In this document: piece by piece, positions 25,238-41,677 of the stretch
Layout: each line of letters begins with the position of its first letter
Numbering within the stretch: position 1 is the stretch's first letter
DNA from: the human T2T-CHM13v2.0 reference genome, Homo sapiens
DNA: 64,000 nucleotides
Assembly: GCF_009914755.1 (NCBI RefSeq)
Contig: NC_060937.1
Reading direction: 5' to 3' (one strand)
The notes under the pieces: model-generated
Databases searched by the model: none
Seen by the model: only the letters and a program-made list of their open reading frames with translations
Told to the model about the DNA's origin: nothing
Program-made: the position numbers and the translations under genes

Positions 25238-28200
25238 GAAATGCAAACCAAGACATCTTTTTTTCCCTCTGGTTTCTGAGCTTCTTCATCCTCAAACTAA
25301 TGAGCTTATGGGAAACCGCACCCCTACCCCTTGTCGCTTCTGGGAATCAGGCCTTTTCATGGCCTTTTTCGTTTCTTGTTTCAGGACAGACCAGAAAGCA
25401 GCAGCTTCCCGCCGCCTGCCGCCCTCACCTCTGTGCCAGGACCTGGACGCATGGCCCAAGTGTCCCACACACAGGCGGCTGGCTGGTTCCCAGCCACATA
25501 CCTCCGCAGCCTTCTGCTTCCCTGGCCAAGGATTTTAACTCTATTGGACAATAATTAAGCTTAAACTTTTCTCCCAGATGGAGGAACAGTTGCATAAGAA
25601 TAATCTTCCCCAGGCATTTTTAAACTGTTTTTTCATCCCCTTCTCTACCCCATCAGCAGTTAACTTTTAAAGTTCTTTTTTTTTTAGAAGACATTTTTCT
25701 AAGCCAGGCCCCCCAACTATCTCTGTTTATATTCTCTGCAAAGCTTTGGTTGTGAAAGCAAGCCTCCATCTTGCTTTCCATCCTGGAGGCATGGCTTGTA
25801 ACTGTGGTGGCAAGGCTTTGTTTAGCAATCCTGCTTTAGGGAATACGTTCCTTTCTGGTTTGATATCTACATGTTTTCCTAGCCCTGTCTCTTATAGAAC
25901 GCCACCTGGGAACTGGGTTTTTTCCTGCCTGTCTGTGTCTGTGTAATGTCTGTAAAAACAGCTCTAATTAATTTGGCTTAAAGAAAGACAAGCGCTTGGA
26001 TCGAATATTTTTTGAAGGGAAGATAAAAGCTGTGGTACCTTTCAGTTCATGTGACTTTAATCTTTGAGAAATAAAAAGAGCCTTAAAGACTATTGGTAAA
26101 ATGCAGGTATCATTACAATGTAAATAGGTGACTAAATTATACAGGCAGTTGCAAGATTTGCTAAATGTTTTAAGGTTATAAACTGCTTTCTGCGTCTTGA
26201 GAACTATTTGACTTGCCGGCTTCACAGTTGTCAAGGCCTGGGGATATATGGAACTGTCCACACCCTTAATTATGCTGAAAAATGTCAAACCTTGGCTACA
26301 CTTAGCACACAATTAAAGCAACTTACCAGGTTTCACCTTAAAGTTAAAAATCGCTAGGAGTTATTATTATGACATGTAATTGAAACTACCGGAAATAAAT
26401 GATGTTCAATCTTCTTTAGGTTCTATTTTTAGGAATAATGTTAATACATATTCCAAAATTGTATGGAATTTCTAAAATTCTAATGTCTAAGTATATGCTA
26501 TCAATAATAATTGAGGTTGTTATGTTAAGTTATTGTAAATCATGGAGCTAACCAAACTTCTTTATCAATCATGTTTCTAACTGTAACTACCCTGGACATT
26601 TTGCTATTCATAGACAATTGTTTTTCTTGTTTTAATCCTTTTCAAAAGATGGTTTATAATAAGCTATAGAACTGTAACAGGTGTTCTCAAATACAGGCTT
26701 CTGATAACTTTGGAGATTATAACATTAGAATAAAGCAAAACATACAGGACTCATAAAGAACTGAATGTTCACAAATATCAAGCAAAACAAAAGTTAACTA
26801 AATGGACTAAGAAAGCTGAAGGAACCTTTTTGATTTTTTGCTTGGAATAATGCTGATCCCTGTTTTGTTTTTCAGAGTCAAGGAAACTTAGTTTGAACTA
26901 TTTACAGCCTTTAATAACTGAGCAAGGTATACTCCTATGAACAAAATTTGGAGCATGTTTTCTTCTCTCTGCCTGAATCCTCTAGAATTTGGAAACTATC
27001 TGTGAGTATTCTTAACTTATGGCCATATAGTTGTTTGCATCAGTGCAATAAGAATCCATTTTTCTTTTGCAACAGGACACAATTGGAGAAAGTGGTCATT
27101 TTACCAAGGGTGGAAGGGTATGCTTCCCTTTAAGGAATCAATCTGGACTTGTAGAGCTGGTAAAAGCTCCATGGGATATTGGCCTTATACTGTCGTCTAC
27201 ACAGTCCCTGTATAGGGCTCCTGACCTGTGGTCAGTAAAGAATGTCACTTTCTAACAGATCCAGAAACTCCAAATTTCTAACATGTCCAGCAGCTCCAAA
27301 TTTTCCTTAGGACCTTAAGAGGAAAGGATCACCCAACTCACAGGTATTTGAGGAGACAGACCCTTTAAAGCTCAGCTTTAAAGGTCTTATCTGAGATTCC
27401 TTGTGGTACAGACTTCCATCAAAGCCAATCCAAAAGCCCTGTGTAGAAATAGTTATTCTTGCTGCACTTTATGCAAATAATCAGGCAAGTATAAAACTAA
27501 ATTATATTTTGCAAATAACTCAGTCCTACTATAATTTGTTTTAAAATGAGGACTGGAAGGAGAGAAATTATGTTTTAAAACTTATACATTTGTCATTGAA
27601 TCCTAAACTCATCAGTTATTTTTAAGTTTTTGCCTACATTTAGACTAACCCTGCTTGTTCCTGTGAACCAACCAGCAATCTCTGGCTGCAGCTCAGAAAT
27701 AACAAAAGGGATGGGTAATGTGGAAATCTGGATCAGTATTCTAGTCTTGAGCAATTATTCTGCAAATCCTCCCAGTTGATGGCAATAAATAGGATGCCCA
27801 CCACTTGGAGGTTTCCTTTTGGGAAAGTAAGACCAAGCGAACTAACCAAAGCCAAGTACCATACACCCATATCATAGCAAGCATAACTATAGCCGCCAGT
27901 TATCTAGGTGTGTCACAAGATGTCTCTTTTGCTCCTTTGTTGGAGGAGGACTCAGTTCCAGTTTCACCTTAGCATTCAGCTTATGATAAGGAGTCCATGC
28001 AGCGCCCCCTGAGACATATTTTTGTCCCAAACTCAATTCCAAACTTCAGGTCAAAGCCCTAGGAAGAAAACTGGATCTAAGGGATCCAGAGGCAAATGAT
28101 AACAGAAGTTAAAAGGCACGGTGCAGGTGATCATGGATGTTCCTGCCTATCAAGCCAACTCCAAGCTTCCTGTTTCATGGATAAAGGCCATGTTAGTATC

Positions 28201-28744
28201 CATGGCATAAATGAGGTCTAGGGAATCCCAAGCTACTGACAGCAGGGGAGATAGGGCATACATGGGTAAGAGTGGGTGATTCCAACCCCCTACATCCCTT
28301 TGCTTCATGGTCGCAAGCTGCTTTGGCACTCATGTCAGCACCTACTAAGGTCACTGGGACCCAGGGATGCAAATACGGAAGAAGGAAAAGAGGATGTTCT
28401 TCCCTTTCTCCCTCATGTACCCCAGGTATCTGCTAAGAAGAGAAGGGAACCAGTGATGCCTGCTCCCCTCGGTCTAGATGGGTAGCCATTCATCTTTAGT
28501 CTGTACCCCTTTCAAATGCATCCTGAACCCCTGGGACTCCTTTCAAAAAACATACCTTTTTCTCCTTTCTCCTCCTCATTTCTCTCTTCACAGATAGGTA
28601 ATTGTGTCTCTATACTATGGGACACTCTCCTCAGATGCATTCTCCAAACTGGGAAGAGTTAATTTTCCAAACCTTAAACTGGTTGGCTTATGACTGGGCT
28701 CAGGGGAAGGCAACCAGAAGCCCAACATGCCAGCAAGAGTAAGG

Positions 28745-29128
<384 letters not shown>

Positions 29129-29209
29129 TGACCTGTCCTTGCCTCTCGCATTGTTTGGTTTTGATACATGTTTTCTAATAACCTGGTTTGTCTGTTCTTG
29201 CCTTCTGCT

Positions 29210-29362
29210 CATCAGCCTCCAAATGGTCATGCAACCGGAGCCTCTGACAATGGCCCCTTCTGCTGGGGACCCTTAAATAGGCCTCTGAGGGAGCTCTGAC
29301 TGCCATTTTCCCAAAACAGTGCCTCCTAAAACAGTGCCCCCTGTCAGCAAGAAGCAGTTAAG
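29210..29362 (+). pseudogene. env cytoplasmic-tail remnant
   Basis: LQMVMQPEP in ORF 29082-29276, then frameshifted GPLNRPL and later QQEAV motifs, as in class I (ERV9/HERV-W-like) env ends, just before the PPT. Confidence 0.55.
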
Positions 29363-29413
29363 ATCGGTCTTTGTTCTTATCCTTATTCTAATGGCAATTA
29401 GATGTACTTCTTT

Positions 29414-29424
29414 AGAGTGGGGAA
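29414..29424 (+). promoter_or_regulatory. Polypurine tract
   Basis: AGAGTGGGGAA directly before the TG of the 3' LTR. Confidence 0.8.
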
Positions 29425-29748
29425 TGAGACAGCCAGGTGGGAGGGAGTCCCTGGCAGAATCCAGCCAGCCTGCACACTCAGGTGGAGCCTTGGGAAGTTT
29501 GCGCCATTTGCAGCAGGGTGGAGCCTGTCCCCTCCTCTTCCTGTGTGGAACCTGGGATTCAAAGGGCGAGGCTGGAAGCACTCTAGCAGGGAATTCCGGC
29601 CTTGCAGAGAGTACCTGTTTTCCCTTTTTTCCTTCTCACCAAATAAAACCCTGCTTTACTCACCCTTTAAACCATCTGCAAGCCTAAACTTTCATGGCAT
29701 GGGACAAGGATCCCATCTTTAACTGACCTAAGAAAAAGTCCGGCAACA
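29425..29748 (+). repeat. 3' LTR (MER61A-like)
   Basis: Direct copy of 24879-25199, roughly 80-85% identical by eye; TGAGACAGCCAGG..CAACA. Confidence 0.92.
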
Positions 29749-29899
29749 ATGTTGAAGTCTATTATTTAATCTGTATGCTGGTCAAATATGTATACTCATG
29801 TTCTGTGGTTTTGTTATGCTATACACTTTTCTCTGTTATATTTAATAAAATGTTCAATAAGCAGTTCATATGACTAATTCTGCACATTTTTTATATCAA

Positions 29900-30920
29900 A
29901 AAACACAAAATGACACATGAAAGCCTTATTTCTCTGCTTTACATCCCTGTCCTATCCTAGCAATACACTTCAAATGTGATTTAGTTTTTAAAATGATTGT
30001 AGTGCCTTCCACAAAGAAGACACGTTTAATCTATTTTCATCTATTTACTTATAGCGCCATCAATCTAATATCTGTACAGCAACTTAACTGTCCATCAATT
30101 TGATTTACACATAATGGATGATAATGTATACATTGTATTTGTATCTTGAGTTCTAATTATGTCTTTCAAAATATCTTGGCATTCTTTCCAGGACAAAGTC
30201 ATCCTTTATAATAACTTTTCATCATATGAATGTACCAGGATTTACTTTATCAGTTTTTTGTTGACAGTCACGTTGGTTGATTTCAGTTTTTGGCCATTAT
30301 AAATGATAATACATCATAATTAACTTGAGTATGTGTGTTGGGGGATGGAGGGTGTATGTGTATGTACAGGGAATTTTATGAGTATATCAGTAATCACAGT
30401 ACGTATAGCAGATAGTCACAGGGCGTATTTTCATCTCTAGCTGCGATGGTTAAAAAGGTGCCAGCATTTAAGTTTTTCTAAACATTACAAATTTACCTCT
30501 AGAAATGTTCACAATTTACAGACCTATTAGCAGTTTAAAAGACAGATACACTTAACTGCTCTTGGTTTGTCAAATTAATAGTTTTTAATAACATAGGTAA
30601 AAAATTGTTAATTTATTTCCATTCTTAAAATTAAATATCTAAACTCTCTTGCGATTCTTAACTTTTATCTTTATCATTTAGCTATTTTCGTCCTTTTTTC
30701 ATTTTCCAAATGAGTTTGTTTGTGTTGGATTTCTGATTTTTATGAGCTCTGTATTAGACTAATAAATAAGAATCTCACTGTAATATTTTTCTCAATTTTT
30801 AAATATCTTGATTGATTATTTTTGGTAGTATTCTACATTTTTGTATATTGTCAGATATACCTATATTTTTTTTTTGACTTTTGGAGTGTGTTACATGTAT
30901 TGTTTAGAAAAATTCCTCAA
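29900..30920 (-). mobile_element. Highly degraded L1ME-like fragment (similar T-rich sequence continues about 32400-33950)
   Basis: T-rich strand with TGTTGACAG.CA..TTGG.TGATTTCAGTTTTTGGC.ATTATAAAT, a reverse L1M 3' motif. Confidence 0.45.
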
Positions 30921-31327
30921 ACAAAGTAAGCCAAGATAATATTGCAGAGTCCTTTTCTGAGACTTGGATTTACTTTCCAGATTATGATTCTTCATTATTT
31001 AGGGAAAACAAACAAACAAAAAAGGAAATGAGGTTAATAACTAACTTTTTTTTACTCCTTGGTGCTCTAAACTCTGAACTTTAAATCCTAAGAGGTATAT
31101 GTATGATGCAACAAAATGCATATAATACTTAACAAAATTATTGTTTTTATTTATTCAGGGATATTATGCAAGCTTAAACTATTAAAGATTAGAAAAAACT
31201 GCCTCTAGGACCTATACTTAAAAGACAAATAATGAAATTGAATGACATTATTGATTCCTAATCAGATCAATAAAAAGGAGACAGCCTTCTCAAACTGGGG
31301 AAATGGGAGTGAGCAATTATTCAGGTA

Positions 31328-31998
<671 letters not shown>

Positions 31999-34353
31999 TA
32001 CTTTATACAAAGAAGAAAAGTGACTCACTTTCACAGGATTAGGAAACTAATTGAGTAATGTCCAATGCATAGAACATTTTTGTGAATAAAAATAAAAGCT
32101 CTTTGTTGAAATAGCCTATGACTGATTTCTGTCTTTGTGTGTTTTAATAATTGTCTTAGTCTAAAATTATGCCAAGTATTAATTAAGAACTGAATAGAAG
32201 GAAATCTCTCCTTCCCTTGAAAAAATGTTTCCTAATAAAAAGTGGGCTAGCAAACAGCCAACTCTCATAACATTTATTTTCTCATTTTCAACCCTAAAAA
32301 TTAATCTATGAAAAATTATTTTTGTAATAAGCATTACACACATCTTATATACGCATACAGACAGAAAACCTGTTCCAAGTGTGGTTCACTCTCATGTCCT
32401 TACCAACTTAAAATGCCATCATTATGACATGCTATATAGTATATGTGTTTTTGGCGTTTTTTTTTTTTTTAACTCTGTCTGTTCCTTTGATTTATGTATC
32501 TTGATGATAGTAACAAATTATGTTAATTATTATAGCTTCCAATCTTTTAATGTGTTAAGACTATATTTTGCATCATTACTCTTTTTTATAATTTTCCTGA
32601 TTAGTCTACCATATTTATTTTCTCAGTAACCCTGTCCTGCTGTTATTTTAATTGGATTTCAGTTGAATTTATAGATTGACTTAAGAAAATTTTATATCTT
32701 TACAATTTGAGCTTTATAAATCTAGAAATACATTACATTTTCCATTTATTTTAATCATTTATTTGTTTCTCAGTAGGTATTGTTATTTTTCTATGCTCTT
32801 ATGTTTTCTTCCTTTCTCCCATTTCCCTGTAAATATTGACATAGATGCAGATATAGATATAAATGCTATGCTTACTACTCTAAAGAGGTTTGTTTTCTGT
32901 CATATATTTTAAGCACCTTTCTATTCATAAAAAAGAAAATGTTTTAGTTTTGTAACATTTTATTATAGTAAATTCTTTAATTTTTAATGAGTTTTTAAGA
33001 TAATTCTCATGTGTTTTTCTGATATGCAATTAAATAATCTTCCACGTTTCTTCTTTGTAGCCTATATTTAAAACTAGTATTTTAAGTATGTCTAAATCAA
33101 TATGGTTAGCACTGCTAAAATAAATAGAATAATATTTGTTATAGAGGGCAAGATTGACTTGTCTAGTTCATGACTTCAATAGGAAAGCATCTTGTGTGTT
33201 TAAGTGTAAGTATATTTACGTAGAATATGGTCATTAATTACTCATAGTCAAATTAATGGATATACATCCCCACACACATGTCATGTTAAATATGTATCTA
33301 TGTTATCTATTTAACATTTTAAAAATTAAATATAAATGTGGAATTAGTCAATTTCTCTCTTATTTGTCATCAACTTGATCCTGTGGTTTTATATTTTTAA
33401 TCAACATTTGTGTCCTACAGAAAACACATCCTTAATTTGTAGTGAAACACTTGATTATGGCATATTATACATTTAATGTACCTCTGAATTCTATTGGTTA
33501 ATATCCTGTGTGTTTCTTTGCATTGATGTTCATAATGATGTTGGCCTAAGGTTTTCTCTCCTTGGATTATTTTTGCTATTTTCATGCTATATTACAAACA
33601 ATATCCTCTCACTAAGTTTTACATTACTAAAATATATAGCAATGATAAAGAGACTAAATGTTTAGCAATACAAGAGACTAATATTTTTCATCTATATTTC
33701 CATTTTCTTATCAGTCTGCCTAAAGTTAGCCAGTTTCTCTATATCTTCTAAATATCCACCTTTGTTATTTTCAGTCTTCACCTTTTTATTTCATTATGTT
33801 TTTCTCTGATCTTTATTTTTCACTTTCTTCTTTTCATAGCTTATTCTGTTGCTTGTTTATAACTTCTTGAACTTACTATTTAGCTCATTACTTTTCAGTT
33901 TGCTTCTGATATAGTGAGTTTCCTCTAAACACTGCTTTTGGTATATCTACCATACAATTTGTTTTCTGGTATTATATTCATTCTGTTATTCTCTTCCATT
34001 GGTGTCCTGTCTCAAGTTGGAAGTTAAATACTTGCTCTCTTAATCTCTAGAATTCTTTTAAATTAATTAGTTTATTAAAGTTTCCAGAAGAAATTGTATG
34101 CATCGTAATGTAATGTGCAACTCCTCATAGTTTTGTGGGGAGATCACTTTACATTCACTATTTTGGTATTTTTCAAGAATCCAAATTTAAAATTGTTCTG
34201 AGAATAAAACAGAAACTTTTGATAGTGTCAAAAACTATGGTATTACAGATTATTACTTTGTGCCTTTGATGTTGGTATCATGTATATATCATATATGTGC
34301 GTGTGTGTGTGTAGTGTATCTTATTGTTTTATATAATTAGGCTTGGATATCTC

Positions 34354-34888
<535 letters not shown>

Positions 34889-34906
34889 AAGAATTTATTA
34901 ATTCTT

Positions 34907-35223
<317 letters not shown>

Positions 35224-35935
35224 TTAATTCTTAATTGTTTAATTTTCCCTTAAATCACCATCTTACTGGCTGGCCGTCTCAGGGTAGTATCCATTTTATA
35301 TATTTTAATTGTATCCTTCAAATTACTTAGCACAATACAAGACCCACAATAAATTTTTGACTGATCTGCTGTCTATTCCTTCAAGAATATGAAAAAAAAG
35401 AAGCTTTAGAAAATGCATGTACAAAAAAAGTCATTTGTAGATGAAACATCCTAAGTTATTGTCCAGAGTGTGTGTTCTGTTTTTCTTGTTTTTCTGTGTG
35501 ATTTTGAAGAACATACATTCTAAAGAATATAGTTCATGTGTTGTGTTGTTGATGAAGGTCTCTCTGGACAACTAATTTTTGAGAAAAAAAAAGAAGACCA
35601 GGATATGCCTCTCAGGCAATATTTTTAGACAGACTTTCTCAGCACTAAACATCATCTTGTTCTTTAGGCTGTGGGTGATTGATGCATTGCCATTCCAGAT
35701 ATGTCAGAAGTCAAAGTAATGTTTTATTTTACTTTTATGTCTAAGATGTCATTTCTACAAATCATAAACATGCTTTGGAAAGTATAAAACCAGTTTTGTG
35801 TAGCTATTTAATGAACTGTGAACAAATCTCTGCAGTAAATTGTTTTCATGTGTACTAGAGCCACTGTATATATATGCACATCAAAGCTTAGTTGTCAGAT
35901 ATTACTAGTAATGGAATATGCATTAAATAGACCAA

Positions 35936-36240
35936 TTTTTTATTGATTTTATTTTATTTGAGAGAGGATCTCACTCTGCCTCCCAGGTTGGAGGGCAGTA
36001 GCATGAACACAGCTTACTGCAGCCTCGACCTCCAGGGCTCAAGTGATCTTTCTACCTCAGCCTCACAAGTAGCTGGGATTACAGGCACACACCACCATGC
36101 CTGGCTTATTTTTGTATTTTTTATAGAGAGGGGGTTTCATCATGTTGCTCAGGCTGGTCTCGAACTCCTGGGCTCAAGTCATCCTCCCACCTAGGCCTCC
36201 CAAAGTGCTAGGATTAAGGGCATGAGCCACCGTGCCTAAC
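35936..36240 (-). mobile_element. AluJ
   Basis: CAGCCTCGACCTCC.GGGCTCAAG and CTCCTGGGCTCAAG; TSD ATA.ACCAATTTTT. Confidence 0.92.
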
Positions 36241-36439
36241 TATATAAACCAATTTTTAACATGTTAACTCATAAAATAATTCAGTGAAGTTTAATTTTCT
36301 CTACCTAGTTAACAAAATTGCAAGATCAAGTCTGGTGTGGTTTAGTAGAATCAACATTAGACTGGAGATCAATATCATTGTGGTAAATTATTTATTTATT
36401 TATTGTTTAATATTTACCCTGCCTTCCAGAAGATTGTTT

Positions 36440-36835
36440 TTCCTTCTCTATGAGGGACCAGCTTGGCCCTATGACTTGTCTACCCCACCTTATTAGAGGG
36501 TTATTATACATGTCTGTCCACTTGAGTTAGGATTGCCCATGCAACTTATATTTGCCAATTAAATGTGAGTGAAAGTGATATAATGGCATTTCTAAGAGTA
36601 ACTTTAAGAGCCAGTTGTTGTTACCAGTGTTTCTTTCTTGCCTTCATACATGTAGCAGTTTCGAAGACAAAAGCATCGCTATCAGGCTAAGTTCTTAAGT
36701 GAAGGTGATAAGAATCAGATCAATAGCCGAACATTGCTGAATATTTAGCATGAGTGTGAAAAGACTTAATTCTTGTATTTCTACTACAGGTCTCCAGATG
36801 TTAGTTACTGCTACAAGATCTAGCTTGTTATAACT
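36440..36835 (+). mobile_element. Old MaLR LTR, MLT1J-like
   Basis: TTGCCAAT.AAATGTGAGTGAAAGTGA..CTTTAAGAGCCAG..TTAGTTACTGC.ACAA..TCTAGC. Confidence 0.55.
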
Positions 36836-37269
36836 ATTGCCTTGAAATTTTAATTCTGTACATTTTGTTAAATTGATTTTAAGTTATTTTATCTTCTGGT
36901 GTCTCACAGTCATTCAAACAGCATATTAATAACTTTTAAATGACACTTAAATTCATTCATTTAACACATTAACTTATCCATTAAAAATATTTACTATAGT
37001 CCTGTTAGGTGACTGACATTGTACATGCATTGATAATATATTAAAAAGGCAACATCTTCATCTATCTCATAACCATAGAGGATACAGATATTAGCTTCCT
37101 AATCTCACAAGTAATTACAAAATATTATTTGTAATTAGATTTGTATTTACAATCCAGATTAGGTTCTCATTCCCAATTCTTCCAAAATATATTTGGAAGA
37201 CCTGAACTAGACCTAAAAGGTAGGAATTATTTTCTTAATAAAGCAGTATTAACCTCACTCAATAATAAA

Positions 37270-38855
37270 CAGTTGAAAACAAAAGACAAAGAATATTAAA
37301 AACATCAGAAAAAAATAACACAACATGTAGAAGGAACCCACTACATTTTTAAGATTAACAGCTGCTTTCTTGTCAGAAATAAAAGAGTGGGATAACATAC
37401 TCAAGTGCTGAAAGAAAAATATTGCCAACAAAAAATTCTATGTTTAGTAAAATTATCCTCCAAAAAAATGAAGAAAAAATTCAGACATCCTGAATAACCA
37501 AAAAATATAAATAATAGCTAGTGACCGTGGTCTAAAATCGACATACAGGAAGTCTTTTAAGCTGAAAAGAAAGGACATTACACGGTAACTCAAATCAGCA
37601 TACACCCATAAGACGCAGCAGTAAAGGTAACTATATAGTTAAATATAAAAAGTATAAATGTAGATTTTATTTTAATACTTTTTTACCTGCTTGATTTAAA
37701 AGACAAATATCTAATGAAATAACTATAAATCTGTATTAATGGGCATAAAATGTACACTGTAATGTTTGTATGACAATAAAACCAAAAATGAGTAGGATGG
37801 ACGGAACTATACAGACACATAGAGTTTGTGAATGATTGAAATTAAGGTGGTATAAACCAAATTATATTGTTATAAATTAAGAAGCTGATTGTAATATCTG
37901 GGTTAACCATTTAAAAAAAGCTCATAAACTATAGTAAAAAAATTAAGAAAATTAAAATGGTATATTAGAAGACAACTATTTATCAAACAAAAACACGTAA
38001 GACAAGGAAAACAAACAGAAAAATGGCAGACTGAAACCCTATCTTACTAGTAATTACATTAAACAATTAAATGTACAAGGAATAAACACTCCAATCAAAA
38101 GGAAGAGATTGGAGGAATAGATTTTTAAAAAATGATCCCACTGTATGCTTTCTAAGACAAGAAACACTTCAGGTTCAAAGATACTATTTTTTAAAAGATT
38201 AAAAGGATGAAAAAAAGATATACCATGAAAACAGTAACAAAAGATGAGCTGAGCTGCCTATTCTGAGACAAAATAGACTTTAAGACAAAAATTGTTACTA
38301 GAGACAAAAATAATATTTTATATCAATCAGAAATGTAATATATATTATTAACAATACAGCCCCCAAATATATGAAGAAATAACTAACAAAAATAAAGGGA
38401 GAGTTAAGCAATTCAACAATAATTGTTGGAGACTTATTGCCTCAAATCCAATAATAGATAGGAAAACTAGAAGATAAAAAGAAAATAGAATGAAAAGCAC
38501 TATAAACGAACAAGACATAAGAGACATCTATAAAACACTATGCAACAGCAGAATATGTATTATTTGTAAGTTTCCCATGGAACATTAAACAGGATAGATC
38601 ATATCTTTTCCTTTAACACAAGTCTCAATAAATTTAGAAAGACCCAAATCACACTCAGTACATTCTCTGATTACAATGAATGCAATTAGAAATAAGTAAC
38701 AGAAAAAAAAATTCAGGAAATTCACAAATATGCAGAAATTATATAATAGACTCCTAAATAAGCTATGAGTCAGAAAATTACAAGGAAAAATAGGAAATAA
38801 TTTGAAATGAATACAAACACAACACAGAAATATTTATGAGGTCCAGCTCAGCAAA
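37270..38855 (+). mobile_element. Degraded L1M fragment (ORF1 end, inter-ORF region, ORF2 endonuclease)
   Basis: A-rich; GTGCTGAAAGAAAAA..GCCAAC, TAAACACTCCAATCAAAAGG.AGAGATTGG, AATAGACTTTAAGACAAA, GGATAGATCATAT, TTCTCTGATTACAATG. Confidence 0.8.
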
Positions 38856-38857
38856 AG

Positions 38858-38962
38858 CTCTCTCGGTCTCTGTGTCTCTGTCTTGCTCTTTGACTCTCTT
38901 TTTATCCCTGTCTCTGTCTCTCCCTCTCTGCATGTGTGTATACACACACACATACACACATA
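38858..38962. repeat. Degenerate (CT)n / (CA)n simple repeat
   Basis: Seen directly. Confidence 0.75.
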
Positions 38963-39772
<810 letters not shown>

Positions 39773-41021
39773 TAAGAATAATTAAACTTACAGCAATATG
39801 AGTTCTTAGGAGGAAAGAGCATAGAGTAAAAATAAGCTTTTATACTACTTGAAAAACAATAAAAGAAGGTGGCAACAGTGACAAAGAGGAAAGCAGATAT
39901 TAAGGAAGAGAAAGGGCAGCATTTTATGTAAGTGAGTAAACAATCAGGGACAAATACTGTTGAGAGGTTAAGAACAATGAAGATAAATGTGCCTATTAGA
40001 TATTGCAACAGAGAGGTAACTAGTGTACTTAATGACTTCAATGGTACAAAAATTAGGCAAAAGTTATATTCTAATGAATTAATGACTCATTAAGTATACT
40101 GTTTGGAAGAAATTTGTAAATGGGAGAGAGCTAGGACTGTAGTTCTAAAAATTATTAAACCTTTTTCCAAGCTGAAAAGTGCTAACCAAACACAAAATTT
40201 AATTAGTCTTGTTCATAATGGATTGGATAATCTACTTTCATATGTTCCTTTTATGAAAAATGAAGGTTTTAGACCACATGATATTTAATCTTTGCAATTT
40301 TATAATAAAGAATTGAAAACATTGTCAATATTTTTAAAGTTATATAGTTTACTACAATATTTAAAGTAGGATTCCTTTTAATATTTTTACCTATAAAAAC
40401 AGAAATATACCTATCATCAAACCAAAATAATTAGTGAGTCTTTAAACTGAAGGAACTTCATGATATAGAGCGTTGCCATATGAATATTTAAACATTTGTA
40501 GAAGGGATGATAGAGGGGAGTATATGAATATTACATTCGCTTGATTAAAGTTTCTCACAGTGGCATCCCACTTGAACCAAGCTGTGCAATTAACACACCT
40601 CCCCCTACCCCTACCAAAAACTCACCCTCTCATTCCAAAAGAATCCAAGTTTATCATAAGAATTAAGCAATCTAATTATTACACGTAAGTATGAATATCT
40701 AATAAACTTAACCTCAGATTATTAACCCTTAAGTGGAAGAAGTTATTTAAAAAATTTTTGTTACCAAATTAATCTGAGATTGTAGAATATTTGTGACTTT
40801 CTTGCTGAAAAACAGCCACAAAAACATACCTCTACCTTAGTGCCGCATTACTCATTGTTTCTTATATTAAGCAACTAGTTTTTATTGTCACCATTTTGTT
40901 CAGTTCAAATATTAAACAGTTTCCTCAGTAACTATTCTGAGTGTAATACTGTGTTTGTTGCAGGGGTAAAAACATGCGTATAACACAGTAGATAAAACCT
41001 GAAACTTTATCAAGGAATCCA

Positions 41022-41218
41022 GGAGATTCTAGTTGGAGTCTCAGCCTCTCCTATTATTAGCTCTGTGAAATTGGGCTACTTAACCTCCTTAAGCTTTAGT
41101 GTTATCAAGTGAATTAAGATAGTAATAGGAATGTTATAAAATGAAATATAAAAAGTTCATGTAAAGCACTTAAAACAGTTCCAGGTACACAGTAAATACA
41201 ATATAAATGCAAGTTATG
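41022..41218 (+). mobile_element. MIR
   Basis: TAGCTCTGTGA..TTGGGC..CTTAACCTC..ATGTAAAGCACTTA.AACAGT.CC.GG.ACA.AGTAA. Confidence 0.75.
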
Positions 41219-41677
41219 ATGATGGTGATAAGAAAAATATTTTATTTCCTTTTAACCAAAGACTTTATGCTTTTAAGTTGTTTAGACAATATATTAATGA
41301 TAGCATAATATTCAAAATTTTTTAACTGAAAGGAGTTTCTAGTATCATAAGAAGAATCTTTGCTTTTGAAAAATGCCTTCCTTCAATTTCACTAACACAT
41401 TTTTTTTCAATTTGAGGTTTTCCAATCATTTTTCGTGAAATTTTCTGCAACATTTAGTATATGCAGTGACATTAGAAATTTATAAATAGTTATTAAAGCT
41501 TATTCCATGCAGGTGTCACCTGCAAGCAGGAAATATATGAAATATAGCATCTTGTATAATGAAAATATTATTAATATTTATGTCCTATTAAAAGAGACAA
41601 GCTCAGTTTATCAAGTTGTATAATTTAGAAGAGTTCTCTGTCAAATCATATCTTTTAGTCACACCAGCCATCATATT

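Noticed and set aside
24812-25558. Cluster of overlapping ORFs in both LTRs and the leader
   Set aside because: Expected in locally GC-rich sequence with fewer stops; frames are not preserved between the two LTRs
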